Shown here one piece after another: positions 1 to 7,312 of a stretch of DNA of 38,438 bases. The notes beneath the pieces are model-generated. The model did no database searches. It had not been told where the DNA came from and saw nothing but the letters and a program-made list of their open reading frames with translations. The stretch is from IMG/VR virus record IMGVR_UViG_3300028072_000159, positions 1-38,438 of that record; one strand, given 5' to 3'. A program made the translations under genes and the position numbers. The stretch's first letter is position 1, and every line of letters starts with the position of its first letter. The stretch comes from a virus. Its lineage: Duplodnaviria > Caudoviricetes.

Positions 1-115
1 GGCGGACTCGGCGGCGGACCTGGCGGACCCGGCGGCGGACCTGGCGGACCCGGCGGCGGACCAGGCGGACTCGGCGGCGGACCAGGCGGACCTGGCGGCG
101 AACCTGGCGGCGGAC
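1..115. repeat. Coding tandem repeat of GGCGGC/GGACC units, also at 38381-38438
   Basis: 9-46 is identical to 38401-38438; repeated GGCGGCGGACC(T/C/A) units. Confidence 0.9.
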
Positions 116-582
116 CGATCTCCCTTGCCTTCAAGCGCGGCGACGGTTTGCTCGATTGCCGCGACTACCTCAGCCCGCACAGATTCGGGCCATTGGCCGC
201 TCAGGGGCAGGCACTCCTCCTTCAGCCGCCGGATTGCGAGGCGATCCGCAAGGCCATCGAAGTCGGCGCCCACGGGAATCGCCGAGAGGAACCGTTCAGG
301 CCAGAGCTTTGCCTTCTCTATTGGGAGGCCCTCGAAGATCCCGTCCTCAAGGTGTGCCAGCCACTCTGGTATCCCCCAGCGCTCGGGATAGAGATGATGG
401 CCGCCTTCGGGGTCATGGGTAAGGCACCCCACGGCGCAGAATTCGCGCCCGCCGTTCTCCTTGTAGTAGAGGCCATGAACGAACTCGTCGGCTTCGCGCC
501 CGAGCCGGGCCAGTTCGACGGTGCTGTCCTTGAGGTCGGAGTCGCCGTGGTAGGCGCGTAGTTTTGTCGCTGTCTTGCTCAT
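1..582 (-). CDS. Hypothetical phage protein with C-terminal SAA(R/W/E/G) low-complexity repeats (5' part, continues over the junction)
   Basis: Not in ORF track because it runs off the edge; manual translation MSKTATKLRAYHGDSDLKD...FCAVGCLTH...YPERWGIPEWLAHLEDGIFEGLP...RSAWSAAESA; ATGA overlap with the 579-797 gene. Confidence 0.85.
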   Translation of the reverse strand, partial: MSKTATKLRAYHGDSDLKDSTVELARLGREADEFVHGLYYKENGGREFCAVGCLTHDPEGGHHLYPERWGIPEWLAHLEDGIFEGLPIEKAKLWPERFLSAIPVGADFDGLADRLAIRRLKEECLPLSGQWPESVRAEVVAAIEQTVAALEGKGDRSAARFAARSAWSAAESAWSAAGSARSAAGSARSAAESA

Positions 583-797
583 CTGGCTTTCCTCTCTTGT
601 TTCAGGTAGTCATACACAGTCGCCCGCCGCTTGAAGCCGAGCAGCCTAGCTGCTTCGGCCAGGGAGACTTCGGGGTGCTTGTCAGTGGCCTTGAGCAGGC
701 GCCCAATGCGTTTCTCTGCCTGGTTCTTGCGAGCGGTCGAGCGGAAGCGCTCGGTCCCGGCGTTGCGCAGTTCCTCGCGCAGTTCCTCGGCGGTCAT
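579..797 (-). CDS. Small helix-turn-helix DNA-binding protein
   Basis: VSLAEAARLLGFKRRATVYDYL is HTH-like; coupled stops and starts with neighbours. Confidence 0.7.
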   Translation of the reverse strand: MTAEELREELRNAGTERFRSTARKNQAEKRIGRLLKATDKHPEVSLAEAARLLGFKRRATVYDYLKQERKAR

Positions 798-1009
798 TCG
801 CCCGTGGCCGCAGTCTCGTTATAGACGTAAAGGACGGCCTGGATCTTCCCTGGGCAGCGCCCGCCCCCGGGTTGTTCGTGCCGAGGCCCAAGATGTTTGT
901 AGCGGTCGTCCTTGCCGCATTCTGGGCAGAAGCGCAGCGTGACCTCCATGGGTGGGAACCAAGCCTTCTTGCGGACCATCACTGGACAAAACCACCGGAA
1001 GGTGAACAT
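794..1009 (-). CDS. Hypothetical Cys-rich protein
   Basis: CPECG motif; ATGA overlap with downstream gene. Confidence 0.6.
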   Translation of the reverse strand: MFTFRWFCPVMVRKKAWFPPMEVTLRFCPECGKDDRYKHLGPRHEQPGGGRCPGKIQAVLYVYNETAATGE

Positions 1010-1049
1010 CGCGCAGTCTTCCTCCCCCGAAACCGTATACGAAGCGGCT

Positions 1050-1355
1050 TCACGGGCGCCACAGTTCCTCGCAAGAGCCGCCGATCGCCACCGGGATCAT
1101 CTGCTCCAACTCGCCAGCCTCCACCAGGTGCAGCGGCTCCACGGGCTCTCCCGCGATTCGTTCCATGGCAACCTCATGCACGAGCGAGTCGTGAGCCGGT
1201 GGCACGAGCCCCGGCGGGTAGCAGGCATTGAGGTGAGAGCAGATGCCAGCCGCGTCTCCGAGCGCCGAGCGCCAGGCGATAGCCTGCCCGTCCCGCGTGT
1301 CGCAGACGTTGAAGCCGCCCTCTGAGTCTTCGGCTATGAGGAAGTGGGGGCTCAT
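1050..1355 (-). CDS. Hypothetical protein
   Basis: ATGA-coupled to the upstream gene of the leftward operon. Confidence 0.6.
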   Translation of the reverse strand: MSPHFLIAEDSEGGFNVCDTRDGQAIAWRSALGDAAGICSHLNACYPPGLVPPAHDSLVHEVAMERIAGEPVEPLHLVEAGELEQMIPVAIGGSCEELWRP

Positions 1356-1579
1356 GGCTTTGGCCCAACGATGTCCTCGACCGCTACGTAGATTGTGGTT
1401 GGCTCGCGCCCATTATCCCGCTCGGCGAAAACAGGTACGTGGGTGACGCGCTTCTCGTAATCAGTCAGCGGCGGCCCGTTGACGGTCCCCGTGCTAATGC
1501 CGTCAACTTCGTCGGAGACGGTGGCGGTGCAATCTCGGAAAGCCAGCCGAGTTCCCATCTTGTAGGAGCGCTCGCTCAT
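1352..1579 (-). CDS. Hypothetical protein
   Basis: ATGA overlaps at both ends. Confidence 0.65.
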   Translation of the reverse strand: MSERSYKMGTRLAFRDCTATVSDEVDGISTGTVNGPPLTDYEKRVTHVPVFAERDNGREPTTIYVAVEDIVGPKP

Positions 1580-1857
1580 CGATCCAGAGCTCCTACCCCG
1601 CCCGTGTAGCGCTCAGCCCCACCTGCATCTGAGACCCGGTAGCGAAACGAGCCGTCCTCGAAGACACGGACGATCTCAACGCAGGGACGCCACTTGTCAG
1701 GCAGCGGGCCCCACTTGGTGGCGGGGAAACAGCGTTGGGCGCTTGGCTGGCTGTGGCCAGAGGACATAGCGGTAAAGGCAATGGCGAAGGCGAGCGCCGC
1801 TGCTGCAGCGAAGGCGACGAGAGCGATCCAAGCCAGGACTTCGTTTCGGCGGTTCAT
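1576..1857 (-). CDS. Membrane-anchored or secreted protein
   Basis: Basic N-terminus plus hydrophobic segment, then a small domain with a Cys pair. Confidence 0.7.
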   Translation of the reverse strand: MNRRNEVLAWIALVAFAAAAALAFAIAFTAMSSGHSQPSAQRCFPATKWGPLPDKWRPCVEIVRVFEDGSFRYRVSDAGGAERYTGGVGALDR

Positions 1858-1889
1858 GGGGCGTCCCCGTAGCAGATTACGGTCTGCAC
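1854..1889 (-). CDS. 11-aa mini-ORF (MQTVICYGDAP)
   Basis: GAGAGGAGA RBS before GTG; stop overlaps the ATG of the next gene (ATGA). Confidence 0.45.
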   Translation of the reverse strand: MQTVICYGDAP

Positions 1890-1912
1890 GGCGCGTCTCC
1901 TCTCATGGTGCA

Positions 1913-2143
1913 TCACTCCTCAAAGTACGCGGCGATCTCCTCAGGAGTCGCCTCGCGGATCGAATCAGTATCGGCTCCGGTAACCTCTCCGCCCGGGAAC
2001 TGCCGGGCTGCTTCGAGGACCGGGCCCCCAAGGCCCGAGAGGCCCTGCCCAAACTCCCGTGCGACCTTCTCCGGGTCCCACTCGGACTCAATGAAAAAGA
2101 CTACGCCCAGCGCGAGCTTGTTCCGCGTAGGTGCAGTGCTCAT
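1913..2143 (-). CDS. Hypothetical acidic protein
   Basis: GAGAGGAGACACC-ATG start; directly downstream of a leftward promoter. Confidence 0.7.
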   Translation of the reverse strand: MSTAPTRNKLALGVVFFIESEWDPEKVAREFGQGLSGLGGPVLEAARQFPGGEVTGADTDSIREATPEEIAAYFEE

Positions 2144-2169
2144 GGTGTCTCCTCTCATGGTGTACGCCT

Positions 2170-2198
2170 ACCGTACACTACCGTGGGCACAGTGTCAA
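2170..2198 (-). promoter_or_regulatory. Leftward sigma70/HrdB-type promoter
   Basis: TTGACA-17 nt-TACGGT on the minus strand; same hexamers as 3922-3950. Confidence 0.75.
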
Positions 2199-2262
2199 GC
2201 TGCCTTCTCCGGTTAATCGCATGGCGAGGGGCACAAGAACTCACGTTGCGCTATACTGTTTT

Positions 2263-2381
2263 CAATCCGCACCCGGGGGACAATGAAGACCGGGCTCTGG
2301 GACCGATGACCCACCAAAACGGAGCGTAATCGTCGGCCACAAGGCAATGCCGCGGCCCCGGTGGAATGCGGGGTCATTTTT
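2263..2381 (+). ncRNA. Candidate small RNA or minigene transcript
   Basis: TATACT at 2252-2257, internal stems and an intrinsic terminator at 2354-2381. Confidence 0.45.
2354..2381 (+). terminator. Intrinsic terminator
   Basis: GGCCCCG-8 nt loop-CGGGGTC followed by ATTTTT. Confidence 0.65.
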
Positions 2382-2438
2382 CTGCCCGACGCCCGACGCG
2401 CTTGCCTCATCCCTTCACTGGCTTGGCGCGTCGGGCCT

Positions 2439-2663
2439 TTAGGTTCGCTTCTCTTGGCTCGTGAGATGCCAGCGCGAGCAGAATCCGCAAAGGTAGGCTC
2501 GCTTGACTGCGATCTTCCTCGACTCCCTTGAAGCTGCGCCGAGTGCGTCGCCCTTCGTTGCGTAACCCAGCTTCTTGGTCGTCTCGCACCGCTTGCGCTT
2601 CGCCTTCGGCGGCTGCAGGGCAGGTTGGATGCGCTTGCGCTGCTTTCGCCTCGCCGAGCTCAC
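2439..2663 (-). CDS. Small basic Zn-binding phage protein
   Basis: GTG start overlapping the recombinase stop; KLGYATKGDA...RAYLCGFCSRWHLTS motif. Confidence 0.75.
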   Translation of the reverse strand: MSSARRKQRKRIQPALQPPKAKRKRCETTKKLGYATKGDALGAASRESRKIAVKRAYLCGFCSRWHLTSQEKRT

Positions 2664-3247
2664 GATGCTCCCTCCAAGGCTCCGAGGATCGCCCCTCGCA
2701 GGGCCTCGTCCTCGACGTGCAGGTAGCGCTGCGTCGTCGCCAGGTTGGCATGGCCCAGGGCGAGCTGCACCTGGCGGATATCGGCGCCGCCGGAGAGCAA
2801 GCGCGTGGCGTAGCTGTGGCGCAGCATGTGCGGGTTCACTGGACAATCGCGGTTGGCATCGTCGAGCTTGTAGACGCTGGCCGTAACCGAGAGCCGGGCC
2901 AGCATCGCCCGGACGTAGCGACCGGAGAGCTGCTGTCCGGCCAGGGTGCAAAAGAACCAGCGCGACTCGGGCCTCACCGCAGCCCAGCGCTCGAAGGCAT
3001 CCCATGCTGCAGAGGGGATCGGCAGGTTGGCCCGGTCCTTGCCTCCCTTTCCCCGCCGCACCGAGAGAGTCCTTGTCTTCGAGGCTATGTCACGCTCTGA
3101 GAGGCCCTGTACGTCCCCGACACGCAATCCGCAGTCCCACATCGCGTAGAGGACCGCCCGGTTGCGACGTCCCGTTAGCGAGTCTCCTGTGGCTTCTAGG
3201 AGCTTGGCGAAGTCCTCAGCCCTGATCGTGCGAGGTAGGCGCTTCAT
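2660..3247 (-). CDS. Tyrosine recombinase (Xer/integrase family), catalytic domain only, ~195 aa
   Basis: Catalytic R (CGLRVGD), K (GKGGK), HxxR (HMLRH), LGH and Y (TTQRY); likely ATG at 3247 in an ATGA overlap. Confidence 0.92.
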   Translation of the reverse strand: MKRLPRTIRAEDFAKLLEATGDSLTGRRNRAVLYAMWDCGLRVGDVQGLSERDIASKTRTLSVRRGKGGKDRANLPIPSAAWDAFERWAAVRPESRWFFCTLAGQQLSGRYVRAMLARLSVTASVYKLDDANRDCPVNPHMLRHSYATRLLSGGADIRQVQLALGHANLATTQRYLHVEDEALRGAILGALEGAS

Positions 3248-3474
3248 GAGACCGCGGGCGCCGTCGCCCACAGGAAGTCGGCGACGGGAGTTGAGCCAAG
3301 CCCAACGATTCCAGCCCAACGCTCGAAGGCCTGGCAGGCGCAGACGTGGCGCGCCATTTCAGCGCTGATCGCACCCGGCTCACCTCGCCCCTTGTCGATC
3401 ACCTCAATGAATCGCCTCTCGCTTGAGTCCCACGCCCTTGCAGTACAGCGCAGCATGTGCTCAGCGCTCAGCAT
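3244..3474 (-). CDS. Hypothetical protein
   Basis: Fills the operon gap and overlaps both neighbours. Confidence 0.5.
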   Translation of the reverse strand: MLSAEHMLRCTARAWDSSERRFIEVIDKGRGEPGAISAEMARHVCACQAFERWAGIVGLGSTPVADFLWATAPAVS

Positions 3475-3722
3475 GAGAGCACGTAGTGGGTGGCATCGGG
3501 ACGTCCGTCCTTGCAGGCCACGGGCTTCACGTCCTCGTCAATCGACCAAGAGCTACTAATGCCGGTCATGTGCTCGCGGTTGACGACTCGCTCGATCTCC
3601 TCGTTCGTCACGTAGCTCCTGGCGCAAACCAGGGCGTTGACGATGCCGATATGCAGTACGACGACATCGGGCAACGAGGCCCAGTCCTCGGCCGTCTTCT
3701 CAGTGTCGGGGATTGCCTTCAT
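3468..3722 (-). CDS. Hypothetical protein
   Basis: Strong GAGAGGAGA RBS upstream of ATG. Confidence 0.7.
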   Translation of the reverse strand: MKAIPDTEKTAEDWASLPDVVVLHIGIVNALVCARSYVTNEEIERVVNREHMTGISSSWSIDEDVKPVACKDGRPDATHYVLSC

Positions 3723-3736
3723 CTCTCGTTCTCCTC

Positions 3737-3877
3737 TCAGGGTTGAAGGGCTAGAGCGTCAGCCCGAAGGGCTTCAGCTACAGGGCTAAGGCTGTTGTGC
3801 CGAAGGCTGCTGGATACCGCACCGCCTGCACGCACGCAGTCACGCCCGCGCGTAGGGCACCACGTAGGGCAGTTCAT
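3737..3877 (-). CDS. Possible 46-aa protein (MNCPTWCPTRGRDC...)
   Basis: GAGAGGAGAGAG-ATG; first ORF after the 3922-3950 promoter. Confidence 0.4.
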   Translation of the reverse strand: MNCPTWCPTRGRDCVRAGGAVSSSLRHNSLSPVAEALRADALALQP

Positions 3878-3921
3878 CTCTCTCCTCTCGTCGAGTACCG
3901 GTTCTGCCTAAAAGCGGTACT

Positions 3922-3950
3922 ACCGTAGTGCCTGAGCCCCAGGCTGTCAA
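3922..3950 (-). promoter_or_regulatory. Leftward promoter of the recombinase operon
   Basis: TTGACA-17 nt-TACGGT; flanked by AGTACCG/CGGTACT half-sites. Confidence 0.75.
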
Positions 3951-4131
3951 CGTTTCCGGTACTCAATCAGCCATGAGCTGAAATCCCAAAAGCCCCCGCC
4001 TGGATCATGCGTAGGGGGAGGGGAGTGGGGCTTTCCCTGTGGCTGTGTTTTTAGCTATGGGCCGTCCCTCTGTACAAATCCTAGTTTCTCTAAGCCCTTG
4101 TGGGCACAACGTGCTAGGGTCTCGCCTGCGT

Positions 4132-4234
4132 GCGCCCCTAGCTCAGATGCCTCGGCCTCCTAGGAATGGCCGGAAAGAGTGGGTTGGGTTCATGGTCCAG
4201 CCAGGTCGCGGGATTGGGCAGCCCGCGGGGCGCT
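4132..4234 (+). tRNA. Atypical tRNA-like RNA, anticodon CAT (Met/Ile2-like), possibly non-functional in translation
   Basis: Acceptor GCGCCCC/GGGGCGC, TA linker, D-stem GCTC/GAGT, anticodon loop TTCATGG, variable AGGTC, T-stem GCGGG/CCCGC; enlarged D-loop, 7-bp anticodon stem, aberrant T-loop, no encoded CCA. Confidence 0.65.
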
Positions 4235-4248
4235 GCCCCTAGAACGTA

Positions 4249-4279
4249 TTGACATTACGCCGGGGGCTCAGCTAAAGAT
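4249..4279 (+). promoter_or_regulatory. Rightward promoter candidate
   Basis: TTGACA at 4249 with TAAAGAT 18 nt downstream. Confidence 0.5.
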
Positions 4280-4382
4280 CAGCGAGCAGCGGCCCTAGCT
4301 TCTTCCCGGCTGGCGCCGCTGCACCGGACCTCGCGTCTCTCTCTCTCTCTCTGTGCCCACAGGATCTGCTAGGGTCCCGGCC

Positions 4383-5147
4383 GTGGCAGAGAGCATGGGT
4401 AAAGAACTTCGCCGCCTCCAAGCCGACCTGGCTGAGTGCTACCGGCTCTCTGGGGCTGATTCCGATGGGGCTCCAGATGCGATGCTGGCCCCCGAAGCCG
4501 TAAAAGAGGTCCGGCGCTTGCGCGGGGAGGCCGATGAGCTTGAGAAGCGCGTCGTCGAGCTCGAAGGAGGGATCGGTGGCTGGGGCGCAGATCACCGGGC
4601 AGAGGCGCTGAAGGCATTGAGCCGACGTCTCCCCGGCCGCGTGGGCAAACCCGAATCGACGGTAGCTCCTGATTACGGAGCGGCCCAAGTCCACGCCTCT
4701 CTCGCTATAGCCCAAGGGCAAGAGCGGGTGGCGGAGGAGATCAGGGCGTTTCGCGAGCTGATGGGGAGGTCGGCGCGATGGCTTGGGTCGAGTGCTCCGC
4801 CGACCACCCCGATGCCGTGCCCTTCTGGAAGGACGATCCGTATGCCTAGCCCCTCCACACATCAGGACAGCCGGGAGGTGCGGGAGATTGAGACTCGTTC
4901 TCGACGGCGTATACGTGAAGCCGTCGAGAGCAAGGGCGGCACGGTTCTCGCAATCCGCTGGGAGCCGATTCGCCACGAACCGAACCTCGGCCCGGTAGGC
5001 GGCTGGACCGTTGAAGCCGAGCATCCCTACCAGCCGAATCCATCGGTTCCGATGGAGGCTCTTGGCTACAACCTCGCCGAAGTGCTTGAGGAGATCGCTG
5101 GTTGGCCCGTAGGAGGCAAAGACGTAGGAGGTGGTGAGGGTGGTTGA
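4383..5147 (+). CDS. Hypothetical protein, possibly mosaic, likely leaderless GTG start
   Basis: TAGGGT -10 element 7 nt before GTG 4383; coiled-coil-like N-terminus. Confidence 0.55.
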   Translation: MAESMGKELRRLQADLAECYRLSGADSDGAPDAMLAPEAVKEVRRLRGEADELEKRVVELEGGIGGWGADHRAEALKALSRRLPGRVGKPESTVAPDYGAAQVHASLAIAQGQERVAEEIRAFRELMGRSARWLGSSAPPTTPMPCPSGRTIRMPSPSTHQDSREVREIETRSRRRIREAVESKGGTVLAIRWEPIRHEPNLGPVGGWTVEAEHPYQPNPSVPMEALGYNLAEVLEEIAGWPVGGKDVGGGEGG

Positions 5148-5313
5148 TGCGATGGTGCAGATCGAGATGCCGCGGTCGGTCGCGGAGTGGGTCATCCGCG
5201 AAAGCGTGGAACGGCTCGGTGGCCCCTGCGAGACACCGGACTGCGAGCGCTGCGCTCCCCGGCGTGTGGCCCGCGCCGCCTTCGATGCAGCCTTGGAGTT
5301 TGACGATGAGTAG
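5131..5313 (+). CDS. Hypothetical Cys-containing protein
   Basis: GGAGG RBS; CETPDCERC motif. Confidence 0.55.
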   Translation: MVRVVDAMVQIEMPRSVAEWVIRESVERLGGPCETPDCERCAPRRVARAAFDAALEFDDE

Positions 5314-5659
5314 CGCACACGAGAAGGTGCCGGAGGAGTGGCCCACCTGCGAATGCGGTTGTGGGGAGCCCGTCCCGGCTGCCCCGCATTCGCATCGTGC
5401 CCGCGGCCTCGTCAAAGGTCAGCCCCGTCGGTTCGTCCACGGTAGGAGGTGGTCAGGGGTGAGCGGCGAGCGAACGCAACTCGAAGATGAGGTTTACGCG
5501 GCGATGCAGCGCTGGCCCGAATTGGATTCCCGCCGGACCGAGTTGGGGCTGATTGCTGAAACGCTCGGCCTGGAGTTTGAGGGCGAACCGCGATTGGAGA
5601 CAGGCGTCGTTCTTGGCGCAGTCCGCAGCCTTACCGAGGCAGGAGGCAAAGACCAGTGA
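5306..5659 (+). CDS. Hypothetical protein with CECGCG zinc-binding motif
   Basis: CECGCGEP...GQPRRFVHG resembles the N-terminal module of many phage HNH proteins, but no HNH domain follows. Confidence 0.65.
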   Translation: MSSAHEKVPEEWPTCECGCGEPVPAAPHSHRARGLVKGQPRRFVHGRRWSGVSGERTQLEDEVYAAMQRWPELDSRRTELGLIAETLGLEFEGEPRLETGVVLGAVRSLTEAGGKDQ

Positions 5660-5961
5660 GCGACCCCGGCGTCGCCATTCCCGACGCCCTCGAAGCCGCT
5701 GTTGCCTTCGACGGTCCCAATGCATCTATCGACCTCGACCTCTTCGAACGCCTGCTGAAAAAGGCCAAAGTCACGGTCAAGCGGGCCAACAAGTCAGCGC
5801 TGTCCGCAGAGCTTGCGAACACCCGCGAGGAGATCCGGATTCAGAAGGTGCGGCTGGCCCATGACGAGGACAAGGGAGAGCGCCAGGGGCGGATAGCCGA
5901 ACTGAGCCGCCGTGAGGCGGAGATCGAGGAAGTGCTTTGGCCGAGGGAGACCGCAGCGTGA
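5656..5961 (+). CDS. Hypothetical coiled-coil protein
   Basis: AGGAGG RBS; GTGA overlaps. Confidence 0.65.
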   Translation: MSDPGVAIPDALEAAVAFDGPNASIDLDLFERLLKKAKVTVKRANKSALSAELANTREEIRIQKVRLAHDEDKGERQGRIAELSRREAEIEEVLWPRETAA

Positions 5962-6236
5962 AGCAGTTGTATGAGATCGTGATTTGCCCATACTGCGGGG
6001 GGATGTTGATCGGGGAAGAGCACGATGATCCCGATGGAACTCCCAACGGCTGGTATTGCCAGGAGTGCGACGCGCACGAATTTGAACCACGGGTCCTCAA
6101 CCTTATACCGGTCGAGAAGGTGCGCGAGGGGCTGTCAAATCTAATAGAGCGTCAGGTAATGCAAACCCGGGAAGCTGGCGAAGTGGTAGCGACCTCGTCC
6201 ATCGAAGCCTTCGCCGATTTTCTTGAAGATTCCTGA
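5958..6236 (+). CDS. Zn-ribbon hypothetical protein
   Basis: CPYC...CQEC; GTGA overlap. Confidence 0.65.
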   Translation: MKQLYEIVICPYCGGMLIGEEHDDPDGTPNGWYCQECDAHEFEPRVLNLIPVEKVREGLSNLIERQVMQTREAGEVVATSSIEAFADFLEDS

Positions 6237-6505
6237 TGCCCCGCTACGCCCGCGTCTACCGCTTCCGCCTCACCCACGAAGAGCACGAGCGCTTCGAGAA
6301 GGAAGCTGCAGCCCAGGAATGCTCGAAGGCAGACCTGATCCGCAGGGCGCTGGGCTGGGAAACCTGGGGGCTGCCACCTGGCGAGGAAACCGTGAAGCGC
6401 TTCGAGCGAAAGCCAACCGCCAAAGCCCCCGACCCCGAGGCCGAACCGGGCAACGCAGCCCTGGCGCGGCTCGGGGATCGTGTCCGGGAGAGTTTGGCAA
6501 GATAG
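6236..6505 (+). CDS. Ribbon-helix-helix (CopG/MobC-like) DNA-binding protein
   Basis: RVYRFRLTHEEHERFEKEAAAQECSKADLIRRAL. Confidence 0.75.
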   Translation: MPRYARVYRFRLTHEEHERFEKEAAAQECSKADLIRRALGWETWGLPPGEETVKRFERKPTAKAPDPEAEPGNAALARLGDRVRESLAR

Positions 6506-6513
6506 GAGGAGAG

Positions 6514-6765
6514 ATGGCATTGCAGCGATTCAAGGTCGGGGAGGATGCTGAGCATCCAGGCTTTAAGGAGATGGCCCCAAGCGAGAGCGGACCTTGGGTT
6601 AGGCTGGCGGATGTTCGGCGAGCATTGCTGAGCGACGAGGCTATTGACGCCGCCGAGGGAACATCTTCTCGCCGGGCCTACCGGAGCGCTAGCGAAACGG
6701 AGCGATACAAGCAGCGCTGCCGGGCCGTAGTCGAAGCCGCCTTCGATAAGGCTGCCGAGGTCTGA
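6514..6765 (+). CDS. Hypothetical protein
   Basis: AGGAGGAGAG-ATG; MALQRFKVGE... Confidence 0.65.
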   Translation: MALQRFKVGEDAEHPGFKEMAPSESGPWVRLADVRRALLSDEAIDAAEGTSSRRAYRSASETERYKQRCRAVVEAAFDKAAEV

Positions 6766-7010
6766 TGCCCCGTCCCCGCCTCCCAGTCTCCCAGCTCACT
6801 GCTGACGCCCTCTGGAAGCGTGCCCAGCGCGCTGACTCCCGCCCCCCCAACCGAGGCATGGTCCGCCATCACACAGACCGAGCCTACGGCCGTAAGAGCC
6901 CGCGCACCGAATACGTCAGCCGCGCCCAGCACAATCGGTTGCACAAGCGCCGCGATGCCGTCCTGGCGGAGCTGAAGCGCAGGCGGCGGGTGAGGAAAGG
7001 GCGAGCATGA
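6765..7010 (+). CDS. Small Arg-rich protein
   Basis: TGATG coupling; very basic composition. Confidence 0.55.
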   Translation: MPRPRLPVSQLTADALWKRAQRADSRPPNRGMVRHHTDRAYGRKSPRTEYVSRAQHNRLHKRRDAVLAELKRRRRVRKGRA

Positions 7011-7312
7011 TCAAACCCAGCTTCGAATGTCCCGTCTGCCACGGGCCTCTGATGGGGTCCTCTGAAGTGTGTAACGGCAGCTTCACCGAACGGGACCACC
7101 CGAGTGGAGTCAAGGCGGTTGTTGCTAAGCCAAAAGAGCCCTCCCCTGACCGCTGGGTCAACGCCGTGGTTACCTTCAGGGTCCCGCTCTCAGTTGACCC
7201 CGGCGCAAGCGATGAAGAAAAGCTCAACGCTGCCGTGGCGATCTCGGAGGAACGCTTCGATCTTGGCCAGGACACCGTGAGCGAAATCGGGCACGAAACG
7301 GTTGAAGGCTGA
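7007..7312 (+). CDS. Hypothetical Zn-binding protein
   Basis: CPVC...C...H; ATGA overlap. Confidence 0.6.
   Translation: MIKPSFECPVCHGPLMGSSEVCNGSFTERDHPSGVKAVVAKPKEPSPDRWVNAVVTFRVPLSVDPGASDEEKLNAAVAISEERFDLGQDTVSEIGHETVEG

Noticed and set aside
1-115. CRISPR array or true terminal repeat
   Set aside because: Units are 9-12 nt with no unique spacers and encode an SAA peptide repeat inside a gene.
2300-2340. Hammerhead ribozyme (CCGATGA resembles CTGATGA)
   Set aside because: Core mismatch and no properly placed GAAA or cleavage triplet.
2400-4250. attP site near the recombinase
   Set aside because: No canonical tRNA 3' half or arm-type repeat set could be identified without the host sequence.
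4272-5415. Long minus-strand ORFs (348 aa, 189 aa) and similar antisense ORFs elsewhere, e.g. 24767-25807 and 27638-28654
   Set aside because: They are shadows of better-supported plus-strand genes in high-GC DNA and have no RBS or motifs.
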